From Gaiellaceae bacterium (GTDB lineage: Bacteria; Actinomycetota; Thermoleophilia; Gaiellales; Gaiellaceae): 64,000 bases of DNA. The stretch's first letter is position 1. Each line of letters opens with the position of its first letter. Shown here piece by piece: positions 38,941-47,223 of the stretch. The notes beneath the pieces were generated by a model. The model saw only the letters and a list, made by a program, of their open reading frames with translations. It searched no databases and had not been told where the DNA came from. The DNA lies in the NCBI GenBank assembly GCA_036512155.1, contig DATCBD010000055.1:14491-78490 (forward strand), read 5' to 3'. The translations under genes and the position numbers were made by a program.

Positions 38941-40056
38941 GTGAGGGCGATAGCGATCGTCGACGGCGAGCACTATCCGGACGTGATCCGTGCGGCATTG
39001 GACGAGCTGCCGTATGAGTTCGTCGCGGTGCGCTTCGTCGGCGGGACGGAGAAGCTGCGCGGCGTGCCCGACTACGGCCTGCCGCACATCGAAGAAGGGA
39101 CCGGCGGCGCCGAGATCGCGGTCGATCTGTCCGACGAGCCGGTGCTCGATCCGCGCCGCCGCTTCGCGCTCGCGTCGGAGTTCCTCGCTGCAGGAATCCC
39201 GTACGTCGGCGCCGACTTCCGCTTCGACCCGCCTGCGTTCCATCCCATCGACGTTCCGTCAATCGCCGTTATCGGCACGGGCAAGCGCGTCGGCAAGACA
39301 GCGGTGACCGCGCACGTCGCGCGCTTGCTTGCGCGCGACCGCGACGTCGTCGTCGTCGCGATGGGCCGCGGAGGGCCGCCCGAGCCCGAGCTCGTTTCGA
39401 CGCCGCCGGACCTGGACGAACTGATCGCGCGCTCACGCGCAGGAACGCACGCCGCGTCCGACCATCTCGAGACGGCCGCGCTCACCGGCCTGCCGACCAT
39501 CGGCTGCCGCCGGGCGGGCGGAGGGCTTGCCGGTGCGCCGTTCGCGTCCAACGTGCTCGAGGGTGCACGGCTCGCGGAGAGTCTCGACCCGGACATCGTC
39601 GTCTTCGACGGCAGCGGCGCGGCCATCCCGCCGATCGACGTCGACGCGCGCATCCTCGTCGCGCACGACGTGGACTCCGGCCTCAATCCGTATCGCGTGC
39701 TCATCAGCGATCTCGTCCTGCGGGTCGGCGTGGACTTCGCGCTCCGCCTGCGGCCGACTGAGCCGTTGCGCGGCCGCGTCGCCGTCTTCACCGCCGGGCC
39801 GGCGGAGACCGCGCATCTCGAAGCGGATGTCGTCCACGTCTCGCACAACCTCGCGCGACGAGACCTCCTGCGGGAGGAGCTGGAGCGCGTCGACGCGGAC
39901 ACCTACCTCGTCGAGCTGAAGGCGGCCGCGATCGACGTCGTCGCCGAGCACGCGCTCGCGCGCGGCGCGGCGTTCGTGCTGGCCGACAACGAGGTGGTCG
40001 CGGACGGCCTCGACGACGCGATCCTCGCGCTCGTCCCGCAGGGGGTGCGCGCGTGA
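38941..40056 (+). CDS. cpgS: cyclic 2,3-diphosphoglycerate synthetase-like P-loop protein
   Basis: The N-terminus AIVDGEHYPDV and P-loop GTGKRVGKTA are recognised from memory as cDPGS family. Supported by the GTGA-coupled 2PGK-like gene downstream. Not verified by search. Confidence 0.55.
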   Translation: MRAIAIVDGEHYPDVIRAALDELPYEFVAVRFVGGTEKLRGVPDYGLPHIEEGTGGAEIAVDLSDEPVLDPRRRFALASEFLAAGIPYVGADFRFDPPAFHPIDVPSIAVIGTGKRVGKTAVTAHVARLLARDRDVVVVAMGRGGPPEPELVSTPPDLDELIARSRAGTHAASDHLETAALTGLPTIGCRRAGGGLAGAPFASNVLEGARLAESLDPDIVVFDGSGAAIPPIDVDARILVAHDVDSGLNPYRVLISDLVLRVGVDFALRLRPTEPLRGRVAVFTAGPAETAHLEADVVHVSHNLARRDLLREELERVDADTYLVELKAAAIDVVAEHALARGAAFVLADNEVVADGLDDAILALVPQGVRA

Positions 40057-40676
40057 ACGATCGTCCCCTTGTCATCCTCATCGGCGGCGCGACGGGCACC
40101 GGCAAGTCCACGGTCGCCACGGAGATCGCATACAAGCTCGGGATTACGCGTCTGACCTCGACGGACTCGATCCGGCAGACGCTGCGGGCGTTCTTCTCGC
40201 ACGAGTTCATGCCGACCATCCACTATTCGAGCTTCTCGGCAGGCAAGGCGGTCGCCGACGCGGACGATCCGCTCGTGGCCGGGTTCCTTGAGCAGTCGCG
40301 CAATGTCCTCGTCGGCGTGAACGCGTCGATCGAGCGCGCGCTCCAGGAGGGATGGTCGATCATCTTCGAGGGTGTCCACCTCGTCCCGGGGCTGCTGCCA
40401 ACGCGGATGGAAGGCGCGCTCGTCTGCCCGTTCGTCCTGACGATCGAGGACGAGGACGAGCATGCGCGGCACTTCTTCTCGCGCAACGCCGGCAGTGAGC
40501 GCCCGCTGACAAGCTACCTCGACCACCTGAGCGAGATCCGGCGCCTCCAGACCTTCATCGTCGAGTGCGCGGAACGCGAGGGGATCCCCGTGATCGAGAA
40601 TGTCAGCGCCGAGCAGGCATCGGCGGACGTGATCGAACGCGTACTGTCGGCTGCGGAACAGGTGGAGGCGCTTTGA
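40053..40676 (+). CDS. 2-phosphoglycerate kinase-like P-loop kinase
   Basis: GGATGTGKSTVATEIAYKLGI..LTSTDSIRQ matches the COG2074 2PGK pattern. Confidence 0.65.
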   Translation: MNDRPLVILIGGATGTGKSTVATEIAYKLGITRLTSTDSIRQTLRAFFSHEFMPTIHYSSFSAGKAVADADDPLVAGFLEQSRNVLVGVNASIERALQEGWSIIFEGVHLVPGLLPTRMEGALVCPFVLTIEDEDEHARHFFSRNAGSERPLTSYLDHLSEIRRLQTFIVECAEREGIPVIENVSAEQASADVIERVLSAAEQVEAL

Positions 40677-41683
40677 CCGACACGATCGAGGAACCGGCGG
40701 CGATGGAGGGGCAGGTCGAGGAGGCCGCGCCCTGCCTGTGCCAGTCGTACCTTCGTGCGACCGAGCACGCCGCGCTCATGGCGGCGCGCTGGCTCGGGCG
40801 CGCCGACCAGGAGGGAGCGGAGGAGGCGGCCGCTGCAGGCATGCGCACGTCGCTGGACCGGCTGCCGATCCGCGGCCGCGTCGTGCTCGGCTCGACGGAG
40901 GAGGCTCTCGCGCCCGGGGCGACGCTCGGCTCGGGCGGCATCGACGTCGATCTCGCGCTCGATCCGCTCGAGGGGCGCGGCGTCGTCGCGCGCGGCGGGA
41001 ACGGCGCCATGTCGATGATCGCGGTGGGCGAGCCGGGACAGCTGATGGAGCTCCCGGATATGTACATGCGCAAGATGGCCGTCGGGCCGCGCGCGCGGGG
41101 CGCGATCGACCTGCTGCGTCCGGTCGGCGAGAACATCGAGGCGATCGCGGAGGCGTTCGGCCGGCGCGTCAACGACGTGACGACGATCATCCTCGACCGT
41201 CCGCGCCATCACGACCTGATCGAGGAGATCCGAGCCGCGGGCGCGCGCATCAAGCTCATTCAGGACGGCGATGTCACGGCCGCGATCTCGGCGGCGATCC
41301 GCGGGACGAACGACCATCTCGCGATCGGCATCGGCGGCACGCGGCAGGCGGTGCTGTCTGCGGCGGCGCTGCGTTGCCTGGGCGGCGAGCTGCAGGCGCA
41401 GTTCTGGCCGACGTCGCGGGGCGAGATCGACGAGCTGCGTGAGCACGGGATCGACGACTACGCGCGCATCTTCCGGACGGAGGATCTCGCCCCCGGCGAG
41501 ATGATCGTCGCCGCCACGGGCGTCTCCAACGGCGACCTGCTGCACGGGGTGCGCTTCCTCGCGGACAGCGCGCGGACGCACTCGCTGCTCATGTGCACGC
41601 GCTGCAACTGGGTGCGTTTCGTGGACGGAATCCACTTCTTCGCGCGCGAGCGGCGCGAGGATGTGCGCTTGATGGGGTTCTGA
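40673..41683 (+). CDS. glpX: class II fructose-1,6-bisphosphatase
   Basis: Aligns by eye along its full length with mycobacterial GlpX (DPLEGRG, ILDRPRH, IQDGDV, GIGGT). TTG 40673 lies in a TTGA overlap. ATG 40703 is an alternative. Confidence 0.9.
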   Translation: MTDTIEEPAAMEGQVEEAAPCLCQSYLRATEHAALMAARWLGRADQEGAEEAAAAGMRTSLDRLPIRGRVVLGSTEEALAPGATLGSGGIDVDLALDPLEGRGVVARGGNGAMSMIAVGEPGQLMELPDMYMRKMAVGPRARGAIDLLRPVGENIEAIAEAFGRRVNDVTTIILDRPRHHDLIEEIRAAGARIKLIQDGDVTAAISAAIRGTNDHLAIGIGGTRQAVLSAAALRCLGGELQAQFWPTSRGEIDELREHGIDDYARIFRTEDLAPGEMIVAATGVSNGDLLHGVRFLADSARTHSLLMCTRCNWVRFVDGIHFFARERREDVRLMGF

Positions 41684-41699
41684 CCCCTACACTGGTCTC

Positions 41700-41999
41700 A
41701 TGCCGACGAAGGAAGAAGTGCTCGAGCTCATGCGCACGGTCGAGGACCCCGAGCTCGGGATGGACATCGTCGACCTCGGCCTCCTGTACGAGGTGGAAGT
41801 CGAAGGCCCGAAGGTGAAGATCCTCTACAGCCTCACGTCGATGGGCTGCCCGGCCGGGCCGCTCATCGCCGGCGACATCGAGCGCGCCGCGCGCGAAGTC
41901 GAAGGGGTGGAAGAAGTCGACCTCGAGCTGACGTTCGATCCGCCGTGGACGCCGGACAAGATGTCCGACGACGCGAAGTTCATCCTCGGCTTCGGGTAG
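41700..41999 (+). CDS. DUF59/MIP18 (SufT-like) Fe-S assembly family protein
   Basis: V.DPELG.DIVDLGL...TSMGCP...FDPPWTPD is a canonical DUF59 pattern. Confidence 0.85.
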   Translation: MPTKEEVLELMRTVEDPELGMDIVDLGLLYEVEVEGPKVKILYSLTSMGCPAGPLIAGDIERAAREVEGVEEVDLELTFDPPWTPDKMSDDAKFILGFG

Positions 42000-42008
42000 G
42001 AAGACCTC

Positions 42009-42218
42009 GTGCCGGAGTACACCTGGGATGTGCTGCTTCCGGGCGAGGATTTGCCGCGCGTTCTGACGACCGACTATCTCGTCAGCGAGGGCGAAGAGAT
42101 CGAGGTCGACGGCAGCGAATGGCTCGTCGAGCGCGTCGAACTCACCGAGCGCGACGACATCGACGAGACCGCGGACGTTCCGATGGGAATCGTCACGGTC
42201 GTTCCACCTAGGTCGTAG
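42009..42218 (+). CDS. small acidic hypothetical protein (69 aa)
   Basis: Reasonable GC3. No homology recognised. Confidence 0.4.
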   Translation: MPEYTWDVLLPGEDLPRVLTTDYLVSEGEEIEVDGSEWLVERVELTERDDIDETADVPMGIVTVVPPRS

Positions 42219-42795
42219 AGGGGTGCAGGAACGGCACGATGCCGTTCCACCCCGCGCGCAGCACCTCGACGCTTGACTCTGGCGTCACGACGGTCGCACT
42301 CCCGCCGGGCCGCGCGCGTCGCTCCGTGTAGCCGCCGGGCGTCCAGCGTAGGAGCTGCGAGTCGAGCACGAGCCAAGGTTCGGCGTCGATGAGAACGAAG
42401 GCTCCGTTGGGAAGCTCGTCGACGGGGCCCTCGCGGTGTAGGCCGAGCCGTTCCGCATGCAGCCGTTCGTCGATCGCATCCGCCCGCGTCTCGCCGACGA
42501 GCGACATGAAGCGGTTGTAGTCCTCGCGACGGCACTCTGCGCACGGGCGATGACCCGCGGCGAACGCGGTCGCCTCGTCGAGGAAGAACAACCCCGTGTA
42601 CCGGCCCGGCGGCATCGGATCTACCCGGTACCGGCCACGGAACTCGAGCCGGCACGCGATCCAGCGCTTCACCTGGAACGACCGCCGGATGCGGCGCTCC
42701 GCGTCATGCAGGCAGCCGCGGTTGCCGTACACGAGCCCGCGCTCCGGCACGGCGATCAGCTCGCCGAGCGGCGTCACCCGATTCTGGAGCGTCAC
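42208..42795 (-). CDS. hypothetical protein with an Ada-like Cys motif
   Basis: GTG 42795 lies in a GTGA overlap. AFAAGHRPCAECRR resembles the second half of the Ada Zn-binding motif. Confidence 0.55.
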   Translation of the reverse strand: MTLQNRVTPLGELIAVPERGLVYGNRGCLHDAERRIRRSFQVKRWIACRLEFRGRYRVDPMPPGRYTGLFFLDEATAFAAGHRPCAECRREDYNRFMSLVGETRADAIDERLHAERLGLHREGPVDELPNGAFVLIDAEPWLVLDSQLLRWTPGGYTERRARPGGSATVVTPESSVEVLRAGWNGIVPFLHPSTT

Positions 42796-43781
42796 GGGAT
42801 CGAGAGGACGATCTTGCCGAGCTGCTCGCCGGCCTCGAGTCGCGCGTGCGCCGCGCGGATCTCCGCCAACGGCACGACCTCGTCCACCACGGGAAGCGCG
42901 CGGCCGCTCGCGACGAGGTCGTACGCGCCCTCGAAGTCCGCCTTCGTCCCCATCGTCGAGCCGAGGATGGTCAGCTGCTTCCACCAGACGCGATGCAACG
43001 CCGCGGGCGGGTTCGGCCCAGACGTCGCACCGCACACGGCGATGCGGCCATCGCGTGCCGCCACATCGAGCGAAATGCGCCACGTCGCCTCGCCGACGCT
43101 GTCGACGACGACGTCGGCGCCGCGGCCGCCCGTCGCCTCGCGCACGGCCGCCTTCACGTCGCCCGTCGCATGATTCACGACTGCGTCCGCTCCGAGCTCA
43201 CGCGCCCGCTCGAGCTTCGCATCGCTCGACGAGGTGACGATCGTCTTCGCCCCGAAGGCGCGCGCGATCGCGAGCCCGGCGGTCGAAACGCCTCCGCCGA
43301 TCCCCCACAGCAGCACCCACTCGCCCTCGCGCAGCGCTGCGCGCGTGACCAGCATCCGGTACGCCGTCTCGAACACGAGCGGAAAGGCGGCCGCGTCCTC
43401 GAACGAGAGCCCGTCCGGAATGGGATAGATGTTTGTCGCCGGCACGGTGACCAGCTCGGCGTTCGTCCCGTCGCCGTGCTCGCCGATGACGTGGATGGCG
43501 CCGTCGGCCGCCTCCACGCCCGGGTTGATCACCACCCGTTGTCCCGGTTCGAAGCCGCTCACGCCGTCGCCGAGCGCTTCGACAACCCCGGCCCCGTCTG
43601 CGCCGAGGATGCGCGGCTTCGGCACCGAGGGCAGGCCCTTGCGGATCCAGACGTCCAGATGGTTCAGGGCCGACGCGCGCAGCCGGATGAGGACCTCGCC
43701 CGGGCCGGGCGACGGGTCGGGTGCCTCCTCCAGGACGAGCACCTCGGGTCCGCCGTCCTCGTGGATACGAACCGCAAGCAC
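42792..43781 (-). CDS. MDR-superfamily quinone oxidoreductase / Zn-dependent alcohol dehydrogenase-like
   Basis: GADGAGVVEALG, nucleotide-binding WGIGGGVS. The start is GTG 43781 or ATG 43814. Confidence 0.85.
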   Translation of the reverse strand: MLAVRIHEDGGPEVLVLEEAPDPSPGPGEVLIRLRASALNHLDVWIRKGLPSVPKPRILGADGAGVVEALGDGVSGFEPGQRVVINPGVEAADGAIHVIGEHGDGTNAELVTVPATNIYPIPDGLSFEDAAAFPLVFETAYRMLVTRAALREGEWVLLWGIGGGVSTAGLAIARAFGAKTIVTSSSDAKLERARELGADAVVNHATGDVKAAVREATGGRGADVVVDSVGEATWRISLDVAARDGRIAVCGATSGPNPPAALHRVWWKQLTILGSTMGTKADFEGAYDLVASGRALPVVDEVVPLAEIRAAHARLEAGEQLGKIVLSIP

Positions 43782-43799
43782 GCGCGGCACACTATCGGC

Positions 43800-44702
43800 G
43801 TGACCGCCGAGCATCTCGGGCAGCTGGCAGCCGAGCTCGGGATCGACGCCGTCGGCGCCGCGCCCGCCGAGCCGTACGCGGAGACCGAGCGGCACATCCG
43901 CGAGCGCCGCGCTCGCGGGCTCTTCGCCGACATGCGCTTCACGATGGCGCGGCCGGAGGAGTCGTGCCACCCGGAGCTGCTGCTGCCCGGCGCGCGTACC
44001 GTGGTCTCGGCGGCGCTCTGCTACTACGCGCCGGAGCCGGAGCGGCAGCCCGGCCACGGGCGCCTGCCGCGCTACACGTGGTGGGACGCGTACGCGGAGC
44101 TACGAGAGAAGCTCGACGCGCTCGGCCGTGAGATCGGCGGCGCGTATCGCGTGCTTGTCGACGCGAACCAGCACGTCGACCGAGAGGGCGCGGCACGAAG
44201 CGGCGTCGGCTTCTACGGCAAGAACACGTTGCTCATCACGCAGCGCCATGGGTCGTGGGTCGTGCTCGGCACGCTCGTCACCGATGTGGAGCTCGATTCG
44301 ACGCCGCCGCTCGACGCCGACTGCGGCGCGTGCCGCCTGTGCATCGACGCCTGCCCGACCGGCGCGCTCGACGAGCCGGGCACGCTCGACGCGACGAAAT
44401 GCCTGTCGTACTGGACGCAGGCGGCGGCGCCGATGCCCGACGCGTATCGCGCCGAGCTCGGGTCGCAGGTCTACGGCTGTGACATCTGCCAGGACGTCTG
44501 CCCGTGGAACCGCGGCGTCGAGAAGCGGCGTGCAGGCTCATCGCTTCCTGCGGGCGCGGAGCCTCACGTGTCGCTCGCCGACTGGCTCGCCGCCGACCCG
44601 GCGGAGCTTCGCGCCCGGTACGCGCGCCTGTACGTGCCACGGAACGATGGTCGGCTGCTACAGCGGAACGCTGCGATCGCCGCGGAGAACGTCGGTGCCT
44701 AG
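43800..44702 (+). CDS. queG: epoxyqueuosine reductase
   Basis: 3' part of ORF 42846..44702. Two ferredoxin-type clusters, CGACRLCIDACP and CDICQDVCPWN. YWTQ region. Confidence 0.85.
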   Translation: MTAEHLGQLAAELGIDAVGAAPAEPYAETERHIRERRARGLFADMRFTMARPEESCHPELLLPGARTVVSAALCYYAPEPERQPGHGRLPRYTWWDAYAELREKLDALGREIGGAYRVLVDANQHVDREGAARSGVGFYGKNTLLITQRHGSWVVLGTLVTDVELDSTPPLDADCGACRLCIDACPTGALDEPGTLDATKCLSYWTQAAAPMPDAYRAELGSQVYGCDICQDVCPWNRGVEKRRAGSSLPAGAEPHVSLADWLAADPAELRARYARLYVPRNDGRLLQRNAAIAAENVGA

Positions 44703-46422
44703 GCGCCCCGGCCACTGGTTCGTTCTGCTTCGCGGTTCCCTCGTCGTCGTCGCGATCGTCGATGTGTCGCTCACGGACTTCCCGTCGTCGTACCGGCCGT
44801 GGGCATGGGCGGTGGTCGCGTTCTTCGCGGCGTCCACCGCGCTCTCGGGCGCGATTGCGTGGGTCGAGCTCAGCAGCGCCGGTCGGTCGCGCGCACGCAT
44901 CCTCGCGATCTGCCTCGACGGCATCAGCACAATCGGCTTCGTCGCGGTCTTCTCCTACCAGTCGGGTGAGCCGTACCGCGCGCTCTATCTCGTGCCGATT
45001 GCCGAGGCTGCGCTGCGGTTCGGTCTGGCCGGTGGTCTCGTCGGTGGCACCGTCATGGTCGGCGCGACGCTCGTCGTCGACGCGCTCGGTCCTGGCCTCG
45101 CCTGGCGCACGGTCGTCTCCCGCATTCTGGTCGGCGCCCTCGTGGGCATCGTCATCGGCTGGTTGCGCGACGGTCTCGCGGCGCGAGCCGCCGAGGCCGA
45201 GCGGCTTCGGGACGAGCTCGGCCGGCGGAGCGACATCCTCGAAGGCGCGAACCGGTGTGCGCGCGCGCTCGGGTCGTCGCTCGAGATCGAGACGGCGTTC
45301 GCAGCGTTCATTCGCGAGCTGCGCACGGTCGTGCCGTTCGACCGGACGGCGATCGTCCTGATCGAGGACGAGACTGCGAAGACGATCGCCACGGCCGGCC
45401 GCGGCGCCACGGAGATCTTCCCGCCCGGAAGCTCCGGTCCCGTACGGGGGTCGGTGCTCGACCGCGTGCGCGGCGGCGACGTCATCGTCCGGGGTGACCT
45501 AGGGCAGTCCGAGTATCCGGAGGACAAGCTGTTCGCCGACCTCGGTCTGCACAGCGAGATCGTCGCGCCGCTGCTCGCCGGCACGCTCCCGATCGGGATG
45601 ATCGCGCTCTCCCGCGTGGAGCCGGACGCGTTTACGCCGGACGACGTCGAGCTCGTGTCACTGCTCGGGCGCCTCGCCGCCACCGCAGTGCAGAACATTC
45701 GTGCCTACGAGGCGGAACATCACACGGTCGAGGAGCTGCGCCGCCTGTCGGCGCTACGCGCGGATTTCGTGTCGCTCGTCTCGCATGAGCTGCGCAGCCC
45801 GATGGCGGCCGTCATCGGCGCTGCGCGCACGCTCCAGGAGCGCTGGCGGGTGCTTGCGCCCGATCAGCGTGAGGCGTTCCTGGCCCTCATCGCGGACGAG
45901 ACGAACCGGCTCGCCGATCTCATCGGCGACGTGCTGAACACGTCGCAGATCGAGGCGGGGACGTTCAGCTACAGCTTCACCGACGTCGACCTCGGCCGGC
46001 TCGTGGAAGACGCGGTCGCGATGGCTGCGATCGGACAGGACGAGGTGCGGGTGACGGCGAGCGTGTCGCAGTCGCTGCCGGCGATCCGTGGCGACCGGGA
46101 GCGTCTGCGCCAGGTGCTCGCGAACCTCATCGAGAACGCGATCAAATATTCGCTCTCGGGCGACGAGGTCGACGTGCGCGCACAGCCGGTCGACGGCAAG
46201 GTCAGGATCTCGGTCGCCGACCACGGGCCAGGCATTCCGTACGACCAGCAGCGGCTCATCTTCGAGAAGTTCGGACGCGCCGACATCCCCGGCGGCTCGA
46301 AGCCGGGCACAGGCCTCGGCCTCTTCATCGCGCGCTCGATCGCCGAGGCGCACGGGGGAACGATCGACGTCCGCTCGAGTCCCGACGCGGGCTCGACGTT
46401 CACGCTCACGTTGCCCGCGTGA
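44695..46422 (+). CDS. membrane-anchored GAF-domain sensor histidine kinase
   Basis: Several N-terminal TM segments, a GAF-like middle region, H-box SHELRSP and the G box GTGLGL. The start is uncertain (GTG 44695 or ATG 44647). Confidence 0.85.
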   Translation: MPRRPGHWFVLLRGSLVVVAIVDVSLTDFPSSYRPWAWAVVAFFAASTALSGAIAWVELSSAGRSRARILAICLDGISTIGFVAVFSYQSGEPYRALYLVPIAEAALRFGLAGGLVGGTVMVGATLVVDALGPGLAWRTVVSRILVGALVGIVIGWLRDGLAARAAEAERLRDELGRRSDILEGANRCARALGSSLEIETAFAAFIRELRTVVPFDRTAIVLIEDETAKTIATAGRGATEIFPPGSSGPVRGSVLDRVRGGDVIVRGDLGQSEYPEDKLFADLGLHSEIVAPLLAGTLPIGMIALSRVEPDAFTPDDVELVSLLGRLAATAVQNIRAYEAEHHTVEELRRLSALRADFVSLVSHELRSPMAAVIGAARTLQERWRVLAPDQREAFLALIADETNRLADLIGDVLNTSQIEAGTFSYSFTDVDLGRLVEDAVAMAAIGQDEVRVTASVSQSLPAIRGDRERLRQVLANLIENAIKYSLSGDEVDVRAQPVDGKVRISVADHGPGIPYDQQRLIFEKFGRADIPGGSKPGTGLGLFIARSIAEAHGGTIDVRSSPDAGSTFTLTLPA

Positions 46423-46447
46423 CTGGACGCTCGCTCAGAGCTGTCCC

Positions 46448-47173
46448 TCACCTACCCGGGCTGTCCGCGTGGTCCCTGTAGATCGTCTGCCACGAATCCC
46501 AGGTGATCTTGAGGATCACGGCGGTGATCGCTAGACCAATCACCGGATCAGCGATCGGGGCGCCGAGCGCGATGACTGCCGCGCTGGCGACGACGCCAAG
46601 CGAGACGAACCCGTCGATGCGCGCGTGGTTCCCGTCAGCAATCAGGGCGGGACTGTCGAGGCGTCTCCCGCCGCGCAGGCGGACTCTCGCGGCGATCTCG
46701 TTTCCGATGAATCCGACGACACCCGCAGCTGCGAGCACCCAGAGGTGACTCAAGTGCTGCGGATGCACGAGTCGTTGGATGGTTTCGTAGAGGGCTACAA
46801 GCGCGCTGATCAGGATCGCTGCGACGACTCCGAGTCCCGCCCAACGCTCACCGCGCGCTGAGCGGAGGTAGAACGCGATGCCAAGCGGAATCGCTGTAAG
46901 GCCGTCGCCGTAGTTGTGGATCAGGTCGGCGAGGAGGGCCACACTTCCGGTAGCGACGAAGATGAGCGTTTGGATCGCTGCGGCGGTTGTCAAGACGGCA
47001 AGGCTTATCGAGACCGTCCTGACCCCGTCCCGGGATTCGACGATTGACCGATCTACGAGGCCATGCGAATGACCATGAGTTCCATGTTCGTGATCGTCCT
47101 CGTACTCGTGCTCGCGAGGATGAGCTTCATGGACGTGGGGCCCCTCGATATCGCACGTCGCTGTGTGGCCCAT
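46448..47173 (-). CDS. cation diffusion facilitator (CDF) transporter, TM core only, His-rich N-terminus
   Basis: 3' part of ORF 46448..48001, starting at ATG 47173. HVHEAHPREHEYEDDHEHGTHGHSHG. TM2 and TM5 metal-site-like LIHNYGD and ADGNHARID. It ends right after TM6. Confidence 0.75.
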   Translation of the reverse strand: MGHTATCDIEGPHVHEAHPREHEYEDDHEHGTHGHSHGLVDRSIVESRDGVRTVSISLAVLTTAAAIQTLIFVATGSVALLADLIHNYGDGLTAIPLGIAFYLRSARGERWAGLGVVAAILISALVALYETIQRLVHPQHLSHLWVLAAAGVVGFIGNEIAARVRLRGGRRLDSPALIADGNHARIDGFVSLGVVASAAVIALGAPIADPVIGLAITAVILKITWDSWQTIYRDHADSPGR

Positions 47174-47223
47174 GGCCCGAGAATAACCGGAGTCGTTCAG
47201 GGATAGTGCGGAGCGCTTTCCGC

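Noticed and set aside
38762-38944. 60-codon ORF between the metallophosphoesterase and the cpgS-like gene.
   Set aside because: Many codons end in A or T (cct, gtt, gca, cca, caa, gat, aca, gaa), unlike real genes here. It is treated as a non-coding leader.
44128-44646. The N-terminal extension of the histidine-kinase ORF across queG.
   Set aside because: Ser/Arg/Thr low complexity. The queG frame carries two intact 4Fe-4S motifs in the same DNA.
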